The notes: generated by a model not told the origin, from the sequence alone. A stretch of 63,328 nucleotides of DNA, filler included, from Globobulimina sp. (GCA_003354225.1; 44 parts of 44 records of this genome joined end to end with filler, not necessarily neighbours in it), one strand, 5' to 3'. Positions 49,019 through 61,987 are shown, counted from the whole stretch's first letter. Numbers and translations are program-made.

Positions 49019-50100
49019 TCCATGCGCTAATATGAAAGAAGCACGTTGTCAGAAACACGAAGGGGTGACAACTCCAATAAAATTAACAGTTACTGAATGG
49101 AATAACAAATTTGAATCATGCTCATTTGGATTTTATTCTATTAATGCGCAAGAAAGAGGATCTTGCAAACACAATCAATATCAATCCAATTTTCCATTTG
49201 GTTTTTTAGATAACAAATTGGAATGGGATGAAGAGTTAAATTCATTTTCTTCTGATTTATGTCCACCATTAACAATGTTATATGAGCACCAAAGTCCAAC
49301 ACTTTCAAGCTCATCAAATACAAAAATAGAATCAAATCAATGTGGAGGAGAATCAACAAAATTAATATCACCGCATTGTGTATTTACTATACCTTCTGTG
49401 GGTTCTGTAACCAAATCATTATATTTTGAAAATGAATATAAACACCACTGGAATGCAAAATTAGTATTGAATAATAAAGGTTGTGTGGCAATGAAAAATA
49501 TTAAACATTATAATGATTTAAACGCAGATAGTGATGAACAACATTTTTTATATATTGATGATAAATGTGGTATTAACAGTGAGAGCATAAATTATATATC
49601 ACCATATTTTACAATTAAATTTGTGGATGTTGTTCAGGATGAACCTAATGTTGTTAATATCGAATGGAAATTATGGAGTAAAGAAAAAACATATTATCTT
49701 GGCTATAATGCAAGAAATGTTGATTATGATTTTTCTGATGCAAACACAGTTTTTTTAATCTCACCGACTGCAAAACCTACTCTATCATCATCCCAATTTG
49801 AATGGTTGATTGATACAAATTATCAAATAATTGCTAAAAATGCACAAAAAACCAGAACCAGTACATATTGTTTATGGTATAATAATGATAATGAATTGTC
49901 AATAATATTAGTCAAATGCAGTTATTTATATCATAAATTAATAAAACAGGTATCATTTGTTGGTGGTGATACATTAGCAATGGATTCACAATATGCACAC
50001 TTCAATTTAAAAACAGTTGATGATGATACAAAGGCTAAATTAACAAGTTCTGATAAGTCCATTTCAGATATCCATTTTTACGGCGATGAGATAGCTAATT
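49019..50100 (+). CDS. Hypothetical protein with possible ricin-B lectin-like repeats, partial
   Basis: QFEW..YQI..YCL..IILVKC pattern. Confidence 0.45.
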
Positions 50101-50110
50101 CAGAACCTTG

Positions 50111-50359
50111 TTAAGATTCATCATCCGCAGTCATTTTTCCTCGTCGTTGCTCAAGTTTCTGACGCACTTCGGCTGCCATACTCTCCGTAATAGGGTAAGT
50201 GGCAACCATCCAAATGGCAATTGTTGAGCAAAGTACTGGCACAAACACATCGGCTAATCGCATGTAGAATAATGTGTCAGCTGATTGAGCACCTCCTAGC
50301 GTTACGTCGAAACCAGTCGCATTAAGTAAGAAACCACCTGCGGCCATCGCCGCTGCTAA
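50111..50359 (-). CDS. Bacterial MFS sugar transporter (GPH family), C-terminal fragment
   Basis: GGFLLNATGFDVTLGGAQS..MRL..YPITE..EVRQKLEQRRG; higher GC than the rest of the contig. Confidence 0.85.
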   Translation of the reverse strand, partial: LAAAMAAGGFLLNATGFDVTLGGAQSADTLFYMRLADVFVPVLCSTIAIWMVATYPITESMAAEVRQKLEQRRGKMTADDES

Positions 50360-50459
50360 NNNNNNNNNNNNNNNNNNNNNNNNNNNNNNNNNNNNNNNNN
50401 NNNTTAATTAATTAANNNNNNNNNNNNNNNNNNNNNNNNNNNNNNNNNNNNNNNNNNNN

Positions 50460-51201
50460 CCAAAATACAACAGAAACAGCAACCTCACCACAACCAACAA
50501 CGACGGAAATGTATACAACATTGGAAGATTTAATAGCAACCAACGATCCCGATGAAGCATTGTGTGAATTTGAATATGAAGCAATTCTCCACGATGCAGA
50601 ACATATTGTCATCACAATATGTGGGTATCAGGACGACACTGGTTCCGCTGCCGTAGATATGGTAGCTATCACTCTCCAGCTACCACAGGATCGATGGGTC
50701 GGGGTTGGATTTGTAACCAATGATAATTATGTTGAGGAGTCAGAGATGACTGATGTTTATGCCATTATTGTGCCCCAATCTCGTGATATTCAAGAAAGAG
50801 CATTGGTAGAAAATGGTGATTGTGGGGATGCATTACAACCGCAACTGGAGCTATATGAAGATATGCGGACAAATGGACAGAGAAAGGTTAAAATGAGTAG
50901 AAAAGTTACAATTGAAAATAGTGATTTAGACAGCGGGAATATTGGCACTGTGTTAAATTATTTTGATTTTTCCAAATTTAATACATGTAATTCTGGCATT
51001 AAAATTTTGCATGCATTTAGTACCACTGCACAACAACAATTTACATCAAGTGGAGGACATGGGAGCAACCGAGGCGTTGTTGATGCGGATGTGGATGAAG
51101 AATATGGGATCAGTTGTGGAAATGTTGCGATAAATGAAGCGAATAAAGGATGTGTTATCACTGCTATCATTATCTCCATTATTGCTGTTGCGTTTCATTA
51201 A
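50460..51201 (+). CDS. DOMON-like domain surface protein, probable GPI or TM tail, 5'-partial
   Basis: RWVGVGF..M..YAIIV..ERAL..VKMSR..ILHAF..HG; hydrophobic C-terminus. Confidence 0.7.
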
Positions 51202-51420
51202 AAAAAACATCTACAATCTTTGTCAGGCTCTTTCTGTTTGGAATTTGTATAAAAACTTGTTATTTTTTTTGTGTTTGTATTTTTCTTTTTTTGTTTCAGG
51301 AATCAGGCTCGATCGTTTGAGTCGTTATAAAATTTTGTTGCTGTTTGAAGTGTTTCTCCAGTTCGAGCTTGTATTTGTAGTGATCACTCATCACTGAACT
51401 CTGTACAATTAAGTAGCAGT

Positions 51421-51759
51421 ATGAAACTGTCAGTTCTGATTATTCTGTATTTTGTAGCGTATTCATGTTTGTTGTTATCAAATGCTGAAGAAATGCAGGA
51501 CAAATTAAAAAGAAATCCATTTGCCGCGACTGCGAAAGCACGAGAAACATTTGACAATATGATGAAAAATAAATTGAATATTAATAAATTAAAGAATGTT
51601 AAGAATCAACCGGATGGCACAAAAAAAATCAAAGCATATTTCGAGAAAGAAAAAAATCAAAAAATGGAATCAAAGTTCAAAAAATTGAAGCAGCAAATGA
51701 AAGATAATCTAAACTTCAAAAATTTAAAACAGCAATTTGGCCCCAAAAAAGACTTATAA
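51421..51759 (+). CDS. Small Lys-rich protein with signal peptide and C-terminal KDL
   Basis: MKLSVLIILYFVAYSCLLLSNA signal-like N-terminus; complete ORF. Confidence 0.6.
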   Translation: MKLSVLIILYFVAYSCLLLSNAEEMQDKLKRNPFAATAKARETFDNMMKNKLNINKLKNVKNQPDGTKKIKAYFEKEKNQKMESKFKKLKQQMKDNLNFKNLKQQFGPKKDL

Positions 51760-51900
51760 ATCCTATGATTTTATATTTTTTAACTGTCATCGTTAGAAAC
51801 NNNNNNNNNNNNNNNNNNNNNNNNNNNNNNNNNNNNNNNNNNNNTTAATTAATTAANNNNNNNNNNNNNNNNNNNNNNNNNNNNNNNNNNNNNNNNNNNN

Positions 51901-52851
51901 TATGTCATGCACAGTGGTACGTTGCCTCCTTTTCTTGCCAAGATTTTTCAATCTCACACTGTTTTTAGTACAAATGAGTGGACTCCTTCCTGCTTTTATA
52001 TCTTTCTGCGCTTTTAACCATAATTTAAAAATATGCCCAGGTTCCCTGTAAATTTCCTTTTCTTCCTCTGTCTGATCCTCAATTTCCTCATCAAAAACAG
52101 GCACTCGTTTTATTTTAACATCATCCATCGCATCCAAACCATGTAAGAAAGCAGTCCATGAACTAAACAAAAAATGCTGCTTTGTAGACAATATCCATTT
52201 CCTTTTTGCCGTTTCTAACTCAATAAAATTATCCTTATCAAAATAAAAATTGTCTGGACAATGAAGCTTAATCGATGGCTCATTTAAGTCAATAAATCCA
52301 TGCAAAATCTCCCTGTTTTCATTGTTATAATATTTTAATTGTTTGTATTTATTCAAAGTAAAATATCTGGTTTTAAAGGCTTTGTTGACTTCACCCTTTT
52401 TATCCAAAAATGATTCAAATATGATTCCAGAATATAAATATTTATGAAGGCATTGTATCCAATTTACAAATGAGATGGAATCATTTGCTGATAATTTATA
52501 GGTTCGGGAGGAAGTTACTAAATGGATGAAATAACAATGGTCGCCAACGTCCAATGCGTTTGATTTGTCTTCCAATACGTTCATATATTTATATTTCTTG
52601 ATGACAGATAGCGATGTTTCTTTGAGTAATGAGACTTGAATCTTTTCAATTTGTAGTAAATTGATAGTGCCCAATATATTTCTGTCATTATTTACAATAA
52701 ACGTTTCTTGTGCTTTTTTTTCTGTTTCGTAATAGTGTAATTTAAAATCACCGGTCATGACAAACCATCTCTCTTTCCAAGCTTTGTTAACTTTGCCACG
52801 TTTGTAGAGTGCACCTTCATGTACACGAACAACAGGGCCACAGACGGCCAT
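51901..52851 (-). CDS. Tandem PH-domain protein, 3'-partial
   Basis: HEGALYKRGKVNKAWKERWFVM..W and FESFLDKKGEVNKAFKTRYFTL..W. Confidence 0.93.
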
Positions 52852-53397
52852 TTATTGAAGTAGCAATAACTAGGAATAGAAAATCTTTAATTCAGTGGGA
52901 TGTTCAAATTATCCTCGGACTATATACTTCAAAAACGTGTTGTTCTAAAGTGTCAATATACAAATTTACAAAAAATCCTATACTATTAAAAGTTGTTCTA
53001 AACTATTAAAAAATCCTATACAATCTCATAGATACCATCAAATGCATAAAGTACCATAAACGGTATTAATATTCCGCCAAGAAATAAAACAAAAACCGCA
53101 AAATGTTTTTTCCAATTCCTTCCCTTCGTTGGTATCACACCATTCTTGCACGCAAAATAATAAATCAATGCAGGAAATAACACCTGATTGAATGTACCGA
53201 CAGTAGCCCCATTAAATTGAAATATTGTTCCTAGATCATTTNNNNNNNNNNNNNNNNNNNNNNNNNNNNNNNNNNNNNNNNNNNNTTAATTAATTAANNN
53301 NNNNNNNNNNNNNNNNNNNNNNNNNNNNNNNNNNNNNNNNNTACTACGCATAATATGAGTAGTACTAGTACTAGTGGGCAACAGAGTTGCATTGCGG

Positions 53398-53505
53398 GGC
53401 GATAGACACAGAGGCAAGATAGAACCAGAGGCAAGATAGACAGAAAGGCAGCATAGACGTAGAGGCAACATAGACAAAGAGGCAAGATAAACCCAGGGCA
53501 AGATG
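53398..53505. repeat. 17-bp minisatellite, about 6 copies
   Basis: AGAGGCAAGATAGACAC-like units in tandem. Confidence 0.8.
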
Positions 53506-53690
53506 CATGGATTCAGAAAGACAGGCACCGTACAAGTTATTGTTTGTTATATAAGTTTGCTAGAAGTTCAACGAAAAGTACAAGTTTGTGGAATAAATTG
53601 AAAATTTAAATTTTATCAAAGTAATAAAAAAACACATGTCATTCAAAACAAATGTCTTGTATATTTTTAATTTTTCTTTGATTCAATATT

Positions 53691-54682
53691 TTATGTATCA
53701 ACATCCATATCCTCAACTCCATCGGACACTGTACTTAATAGATTTTCTTCAATCATTTCGTCAATAACTTCTTGATCGCTTGAATGTTCACTATCATCAA
53801 TTATTGGTGGATCATTATCATCTTCACTAGACTCATCAATTTCTCTTTTATCACTTTTTTTTCCAGAATTTTCTTTTTTTTGTGGTTTTCTTTTATTTGT
53901 GCAAAGAACACAACGACATCCTGCTTTATATCCGTATTTACATTGTTTCTTATTTAACTCCATATCCATGTCACTATCCATATCACTGTCCATGTTACTG
54001 TCCATATCACTTTCCATATCACTATCCATGTCAGAATCTTCTTCACTTTCATTATTTTGTTCTATGTTTTTCTTTTCCAACATCAATAATCTTTGTTCCT
54101 CCATTAATCTATCGTTCACATCAGGCTTTTTACATTTATCTAATCTACTCTGTGTTATCCCTTCCATGACACACTTACTGAAATCTGTCAACCTACTTAA
54201 TGCTACAAACGTTAGTCCTGAAGCATATTCACTTTTTCCTAAATCTATCCAAGCACCATCTAAAGTTAAACCTTGACTTGAATGAATTGTTGTACCCCAC
54301 GCTAAGCGAATTGGCAATTGAATTCTGAATCTAGTTCTCCCACCAAATAAAAAATTAATATTCTCCGGAATAATAGGTATAATTTTTTCTAGTGTTTCAC
54401 CTCTAAATTTAAGATTTGGTCCTTTATATTTTGGAAATTCAATTAAAACTACTGATGGCAAATTAGGTGGTTTACTTTCTGGAGAATAAATAATTTCTTT
54501 GATCGTCCCAATTGAACCATTATATAACCCAGCTTCAGTCCATAAATTCATTCCCAATCTTACTTTCGCACCAATAGCTAAATGCAAAATAGACCAAAGT
54601 CCACCTGCTTGCTCAGCTGTTGCTCTTTTCGTGCTGTTATCTGAATTTTCTGCAACACATCGTGCAATTGGCTTTTTTAAGC
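53691..54682 (-). CDS. PIF1-family helicase C-terminus (Helitron RepHel-like) with SDMD repeats and acidic tail
   Basis: GAKVRL..NLW..GLYNGSIG, RIQLPIRLAWGTTIHSSQGLTL, GLTFVALSR; intronless. Confidence 0.9.
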
Positions 54683-54782
54683 NNNNNNNNNNNNNNNNNN
54701 NNNNNNNNNNNNNNNNNNNNNNNNNNTTAATTAATTAANNNNNNNNNNNNNNNNNNNNNNNNNNNNNNNNNNNNNNNNNNNN

Positions 54783-55788
54783 GCTTCATCGCTGATGACT
54801 TTTTTTATTTTATTTTGCCCATTTTTCAACTCATCGCCATGAACCAAAGCGAATGTACTGTCTCCATTCCTCCATTCTTCATCCAATAGACCATTCAAAT
54901 TGAAATACTCCTCGGTCCTCATATTCGTTTCTGTAATAATTGATTGGTCCACCTTTCTAAAGCCAACATCAATTAAACTCTCATTCCACCATTTAAATTC
55001 ATGATATTTTTCATCAATTATTTTTAAACAACTTGGGAAAGGCTGATAACACCAAAATTGCTTCATTTGCGAGGCATAACTTGTGGTCATAAACAAGACG
55101 CCATTCTCATTTAATTTATCATAGCAACTTGAAAGTGTGGCTCGTACATTTTCGTGGTTGTTCTTTCTCGTTTCCTCACTATCGAGATGATGAAAAACTT
55201 GGTTAACCATAATAACGTCAAACGAGCCGGATTTAAATGGAATATCAACGATGGACGTATTATAAAACTGCACTAAACAATTACTACTACCACCATCACG
55301 CAATAATTTGGATTTACACTGACCGAGCATTCCTTGGTTGAATTCTAAACCAGTGATTGAACCTATTCCGAGATTTCTGAGTGAACAAAAAACATATGCA
55401 TACTCAGTGAATATTATGTGCTGTCATTTGTATACATATACAGGTACAATACAAAAAGTGGCTCAGTGCCAGGATATCAATAAATGCACATTGCACACCT
55501 CAAATGCATTAGATAATTGCCAGTGCCACATCCACCATCCAATACTCTTAATTCTCTTAAGAAATCATCATATTTCTTATCATTATCACCGACATAATAA
55601 GCTGAGATCGGTTCATATTTGTTGTTATATAATGCAAATAATGTCGCATCGAGGTGGTTTGTACCAACTGCACGTCGGGTTTTATCATAATGCTGGCTGG
55701 TTTTGGTGTAATTTTCAAAAAACGAAAAATATCTTTTATTCCATCTTGAAATGATGCTTTTGTTTTGCTTGCGGAGAAACTGAGTCAT
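54783..55788 (-). CDS. Class I SAM-dependent methyltransferase; intron 55377-55498; 3'-partial
   Basis: VLDGGCGTGNY, spliced to ITGLEFNQGML, IPFKSGSFDVIMVNQVFHHL. Confidence 0.9.
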
Positions 55789-56013
55789 GCTTTTAAAAGA
55801 AATAAAAAATTAGTGCGGTTTTGCGGTAAAGTGGACTTTATTCAATACATTATGTCCGATATAAATATGTTTTAGTACTGTATAGTATACCTGATGTAAA
55901 CGCGTTTTTGTTTATTTGTTTGCTTTTCTGGACTTGTTGTTGAGTGCAAGGATACTTGTTGGTGAGTCCACTTTACCGCAAAACCACACTAATTCTTTAT
56001 TTCTTTTAAAAGC

Positions 56014-56123
56014 ATGACTCAGTTTCTCCGCAAGCAAAACAAAAGCATCATTTCAAGATGGAATAAAAGATATTTTTCGTTTTTTGAAAATTACAGCAAA
56101 ACCAGCCAGCATTATGATAAAAC
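56014..56123 (+). CDS. 5' end of a second, inverted copy of the same methyltransferase
   Basis: 55965-56123 is the reverse complement of 55679-55837 with 3 substitutions. Confidence 0.7.
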
Positions 56124-56223
56124 NNNNNNNNNNNNNNNNNNNNNNNNNNNNNNNNNNNNNNNNNNNNTTAATTAATTAANNNNNNNNNNNNNNNNNNNNN
56201 NNNNNNNNNNNNNNNNNNNNNNN

Positions 56224-57458
56224 AGGGTCAACTTGCATATTGGAGTATGTCACTGTAAACATCCAATACAATCAAAACAAAAAATAAAACAATATATAGG
56301 TGTGGCGGAATAGATTTATGCAAACAAAAGACTTTAATATGTCGAGCATATGACCCTTGTATAATAAATTGTGATGCCACCGCAACCTGTTCAGCTGGAA
56401 CGACAATCAATGCATACACTGCAACAGACGTCACCGTGCTATGTAGCGGAGACAATGCCTGCAAAGATGGCATTGTTATACATTGCGGCACCGGCCATTG
56501 TGAGCTGCACTGTTCTGCCCAATTTAGCACATCATGCGAGAATTTTGGACACATCGATACCGCATATTCAGCGTCGTTTGATTGCATTGGGGACTGTCCC
56601 GACAATGTACCCGCTCCATTCAGCCCATCACCAACAATATCACCGACAACATCGCCTTCCAACAACCCCACACTGCCAACAATATCACCTACAGATAACC
56701 CAACAGCTCCACCGACAACAGACCCCACTTCAGATCCTACCGTTGAGCCTACGTACAATCCGACATATTATCCCACCATCGAACCAACGCTAGGTTTGTC
56801 TCATTTCGATGTATAATTTATACAAACAAAGAACACAAATTAAAAACAATATACTTATATTATAACTGCAGCTGAAGAAAAGGCAAATTATTTGACAATG
56901 AATGCACTGACAATAACAGTGATGACCATATTTGCATTGTGCTGCGTCGGCGTATGCTTGTTACGTTTGTTGTATTTGGAGAATAAGAGACGGAAACGAG
57001 TAAAACCTGTTTGTGAAGAAGATAAAAATGCGAATACAGAGGATATCTCATCCAATATATTGATTATTAAAAAACAAGAAAAGAAAGAAAATGAGTCGAC
57101 GTGCAGTGAAAATAAGGAAAGCGAGGAGTGGAAAATTGAAATTAAATCTGCTGGCATTCAATTTAAAATTAGCAATGCCGCGGGTTTGGAGTATAATGGT
57201 AGTATGGCAACGCAATCACAATCCACACTGTCCAATGGCTTGCAATATAATAAAATGGATATCGTGAATATGGATATTCAGCCACCGCCGGTACCTCAAC
57301 TGGTGGTGGTGTCTGCTACTAATTTAGTAGGGATGTCAAGCAGTGATGAGATGGATAATGATGTTAATAATGGCCAATTGAGTCCCGATGAAAGGGACGG
57401 ATTAATTGTTGGTAACAATGATGATGAGGTTGAAAATAGTTTGAGTAAAAACGTATAG
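56224..57458 (+). CDS. Cys-rich / PT-repeat single-pass surface protein; intron 56794-56871; 5'-partial
   Basis: Cys-rich repeats, PTxxPT mucin stalk, in-frame splice to a TM helix and cytoplasmic tail. Confidence 0.85.
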
Positions 57459-57860
57459 GGGATGGAAATCAAAGGGACACGATTTTATTATTTTTTTTTT
57501 GTTATTTTTTTTTTTATTACTTTTGCTCTTTCGCAATGTTCTTTATTTCTGTACTTTATTTTTANNNNNNNNNNNNNNNNNNNNNNNNNNNNNNNNNNNN
57601 NNNNNNNNTTAATTAATTAANNNNNNNNNNNNNNNNNNNNNNNNNNNNNNNNNNNNNNNNNNNNATTCGATGGCTGATCTTTAAACTCCTCTGTCATTAC
57701 TGCATTTGTAGGCTTATCTTTATCGTTTAATGTTTGTTGTAAATCGACAGCTAACTCTGTTGTCATTCTTATTTACTTAACGATTTTTTGAAGACGACTC
57801 AATATGATCAAATGGTGGGTTAAATTATCACAACATTATAAACGGCCATTGGCGGAAAGG

Positions 57861-59005
57861 TTATTCAGATGCTTTGAGTGTTTTGAATTGTTTTGTTTTT
57901 ACAAATCTTTGTAGAATATGATGCATTAAATTGTACATTTCTTTTCTACATTTTTCAAATAAACAATACATTTCACAAAATTGTAATTCAAATTCTTTAT
58001 CATCCGCCACATTCACACAAAATGTATTTATCCATCCAATTATATCCATTCTTGTCGAATAATCAATATTTATACAGAAATCTGCTGAATCTGTAATATA
58101 TTTTGCAGCTAAATCCATTACAATCAATTTATATCGATTAATATTTTTAGATTCATTTTTGTTTTGCTCATAAACAATATGTGATAATGGGATCACATTT
58201 TCATCCAATAATATTATTTTATTGTAACAATCATTTGTTTGTACTTTATTTGCTCGCAATTGAGATGGCATAAATCGACAACTTTTATGTGTAACAGCAC
58301 CATCATTTTTAGACATAAACTCCGCATCGGATTCCAATAATAATCGAAATTGAGCAAATTCGATGAATGAAAATAAGCATTCTGTGGATAATTCAGTACT
58401 TAAATGTTGCATAAACAAATTAAATGTTGTCGGATCTTGCAAAATATGGCATAATTTATAGTTATGTTTCTTTGAAACATGTGATGTAGAATTTAATCGC
58501 TGAGTGGATCTCTGAGTTGATGACTGTGAATATTCTCTGTTATTTAAACTCTGCATTCTGAGTATTAATATATACAAAATTACAAACAGTAGAAACGTTA
58601 CCCATTTTTTGCGGAACGCCTTAAAAACAACGGAAACTGTTATTGTATGTATTTATTTACGCTGTTTTTAATTATATATAATGACAAACATACAAAACCT
58701 TAATATATCGCGGTAATAATAATCATTATTGTTAATTTTCATTAAAATATATTGTGTTTGGACAAATATTAAAGAAAAGCAGGCGGAGACAGCCACAAAA
58801 TTCCATAATAATAGGTCCCAATGACGAGGAAGCGATTCTTTATCCGATACCGTATAAATTGTTAATATAATATTCGCCAACAAAGCAAGAAAAAATATTA
58901 ATACAATCAATTTTAATTCATGTTTCACCATAAAAGAGTCTAAAAATACAGGCATTTTGTACCATAAAATAAATGTTAGTATTAACGGAATGACATAAAA
59001 GGCAG
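57861..59005 (-). CDS. Transmembrane RGS-domain protein (7TM-RGS-like), spliced, 5'-partial
   Basis: RGS: ILQD..F..FMQHL..ELSTECL.SFIEF..KYI..INI..LF..QRF; upstream ORF 58668..58955 encodes TM helices on the same strand. Confidence 0.8.
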
Positions 59006-59105
59006 NNNNNNNNNNNNNNNNNNNNNNNNNNNNNNNNNNNNNNNNNNNNTTAATTAATTAANNNNNNNNNNNNNNNNNNNNNNNNNNNNNNNNNNNNNNN
59101 NNNNN

Positions 59106-59534
59106 TCATTGCCAGATAAAGCAGCAAGAATGGCAATGTTTAAAATTCATATTGGTAACGACGCAGAGGTACTATTGGATGAAAGGGATTTTGCTATTTT
59201 AGCAGATAAAACACAAAGTTTTACTGGGAGTGATATTGCGGCAATTTGCCAGGACGCACTGATGGAGCCAGTGAGAACATTACAAGCAGCCACACACTTT
59301 AAGAAGATAGCAAAGCACACGGACTACATATGGGTTCCATGCAGCTCCGGCGACCCCCATGGTACAAGGCGTACGTTGATGGAATTTGATGAAACCCAAC
59401 AGGATAAAATAAAATGTTTGCCAGTCAAATTATCACATTTTTTAAGAGTGTTACAAAACGCAAATCCATCTGTTGGTAAACAGGACATTCGGAGAAGTCT
59501 TGAATGGACAAAAACATTTGGACAAAAGGGGTGA
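59106..59534 (+). CDS. VPS4: ESCRT AAA ATPase, C-terminal part
   Basis: LPDKAAR..MFKIH, FTGSDI, DALMEPVR..ATHFKK, PCSSGDP, PSV, TFGQKG. Confidence 0.95.
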   Translation, partial: SLPDKAARMAMFKIHIGNDAEVLLDERDFAILADKTQSFTGSDIAAICQDALMEPVRTLQAATHFKKIAKHTDYIWVPCSSGDPHGTRRTLMEFDETQQDKIKCLPVKLSHFLRVLQNANPSVGKQDIRRSLEWTKTFGQKG

Positions 59535-59654
59535 AGTGAACAATGGATATTGACGATTTTGGTATTTTTACGTTTGGAGTGTGTTGTGTGTCCCACACAT
59601 TCTTTGTTTTTGGCTACGGAGATTATCTATAAAATATAGTGTTTTTTCTGGTTT

Positions 59655-60446
59655 TTGCGTTTTTCGAAAAGGGTGCATTGCAATTGTGCGCAGACTGTCA
59701 AATCTAAGAGTTTGATGGCTATGGTATTCGCGGAACCAACTGGCGTGCAACTGACCGATAAATATGATTTGTACGGTGAAAGCTGTGAGTATTATAACAC
59801 ACACACATTATTTCATAAAGGATACAATGAAATAGAAACAAAACACAAAATGAAATTAGATGCAGAATGGAAATTTAAACATAGAAATAGGTCTGGAGTG
59901 CCTGGTATTAATTGTCCTTGTTTTGAACAAGACAGAGGGCTAAGAATAGGATTATGTTTTTGTATTTCAATCTCATTTCTTATTGGTACATTGGTCATTA
60001 TTGCAAAACAAAATGCAGCGAATATTTTTGGATGTTTTGTTTTTTACTCAATTGCAATTTGTTTACTTATCTGTTTCATAACAAGGTGTATTGTATTTGT
60101 ATATTAAATTGCTTTATGGAATTAAATATGTTTTGTTTTCAGAACAAATGATTATTTTACTGAATATGGATTGCGTTGCTGTAAATGTAAAAAAGGCAAT
60201 AAAGAAAGAATGGCAATGTTGAGCGTGGATGATTTCAAAATAGATTTTACAAAATCTGGTGGATTGTATTTTGATGATAAAAAACAATATGTGTTTGATC
60301 TACAAATTATTGTAAACTATTCCGAAAATACAGAGAATGAAGTAATATATATTGAAAAAAAAAAGAAATTGTGTGAGTTTGACAAAATTTTAGAAATTGG
60401 TTTTAATGAAGCAACAAATGAACATGATTGGACTCAATATGGTTTA
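59655..60446 (+). CDS. Hypothetical 2-TM membrane protein, probably spliced
   Basis: ORFs 59655 and 60171 on the same strand with a likely intron between them. Confidence 0.4.
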
Positions 60447-61613
60447 NNNNNNNNNNNNNNNNNNNNNNNNNNNNNNNNNNNNNNNNNNNNTTAATTAATT
60501 AANNNNNNNNNNNNNNNNNNNNNNNNNNNNNNNNNNNNNNNNNNNNCGATCTAAAAAACATTATTTATCTTTGTGTTTGTCTTTGTGATTGGATGAACTG
60601 TGTGTTTCTCCAAACTATATTTTTATTACATATCTATGTACAGATACAATTTTGTTATATTTTTTATTTTTTATTTTCCTTTTGATTGATTTGCATTGTA
60701 CTGTGTCATATTTATTGCTAAGCTTTGTGTTTTCACAATAGCTTATGTTAAATTCATCTAATCTAATCTAATCATGTTACTCATATTGTACAAGTTTGGC
60801 GATACCACAACAGCCATATTATTGGCACTCATTGAATTCAGGTCCGAATATTTACCAATCTCAATACACAAATCCAACAACCAATAAAAGTAACTTATAC
60901 AATTAAGGTAGTATAGGCATCAAATATATAATGCAATTTATGCCTGACATATATAAAGTCTTTCATAAAAATATAATCCATTAAAACAATATGATATACA
61001 GTTTCTTGAGCTAAAATAAGATAGGGTTTCATGAATAATTTCTGTCATAGCACCAATACTTCCTTTTGTTTTTCGTTGTTGAGTGTTTCAAAAAACGGAC
61101 AAGGGTTTAACTGGAAAGGCCGATGGATTTGGATGGTAAAAGTGATTGGTTTCTGTTATAAATAATTAGTTCTATGCCTACACATTGTTATAGAGCGTGT
61201 GAGAAAATTGGCTCATTGTGACATGCTGTTGCTACTTGATTTGAAGTGATTTCAGTGTTGCAGCTTGGAAAACAACAAACATCAAACATAATTACTAAAT
61301 GGCTGCCTTACAAAAGAAAACAAAGATATGTTTATTTTTATGTGTTTATTCATTTAGCATTTAACAAGAATAAATAAGGTTGATTATTCCGGCTGGGATA
61401 ATTTGTGAAGTTAGAATTGAATTAATTGATTGAAATAAATTGTGTCGAATTGATTGAATTAAATGAAATTATGGAGATTTGGATTGGATTACAAGGGAAA
61501 ATGGATTGGATTGCACATATGGCATATTCGGTTGGCACAAGAGGAAAACGGAGAATATAGATTGGTTTATGAGAAAATAGAATGGTTTAAGGGAATATAG
61601 GATAATATGGACT

Positions 61614-61883
61614 GGTTTACATAATTTGTGAACTTGTTTTGCAAGGATTATTATTTTAAATTTGTTAAATGATATGATTTGATTTGCGCAGAAATGCTGC
61701 ATTTTTTTTCTGATTATCCTTGCACTTTGTAACTATGAAAACAATTGTAATTATCCTTGCACTTTGTATGTAGCTTCATCGTTAAAAAAAAAAAATGCAG
61801 CATTTCTGCTCAAATAAAATCATATCATTTAACAAATTTAAAATAATAATCCTTACAAAACAAATTCACAATTTATTTAAACC
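61614..61883. repeat. Imperfect inverted repeat (about 95-bp arms), foldback/MITE-like
   Basis: About 61614-61709 mirrors about 61787-61883 with several mismatches; spacer holds TTATCCTTGCACTTTGTA twice. Confidence 0.8.
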
Positions 61884-61987
61884 ATTCNNNNNNNNNNNNN
61901 NNNNNNNNNNNNNNNNNNNNNNNNNNNNNNNTTAATTAATTAANNNNNNNNNNNNNNNNNNNNNNNNNNNNNNNNNNNNNNNNNNNN

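Noticed and set aside
8654-55788. Apparent cluster of methyltransferases (METTL3, SMYD, TRM10, METTL1, class I MTase)
   Set aside because: Except METTL3 and SMYD they lie on different contigs; adjacency reflects only length sorting.
107-61702. Many short or antisense ORFs in the track, including those ending in X or LIN
   Set aside because: Shadows of real genes, low-complexity frames or read-through into the linker.
5864-61762. GTGCAAGGAT recurring in non-coding DNA (5864, 40796, 55944; reverse at 61716 and 61753)
   Set aside because: Spotted post hoc in inconsistent contexts; needs genome-wide enrichment testing.
1344-61987. Regularly spaced TTAATTAATTAA repeats resembling a CRISPR-like or programmed array
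   Set aside because: Embedded in N runs, encode six-frame stops and separate size-sorted contigs: an artificial linker.
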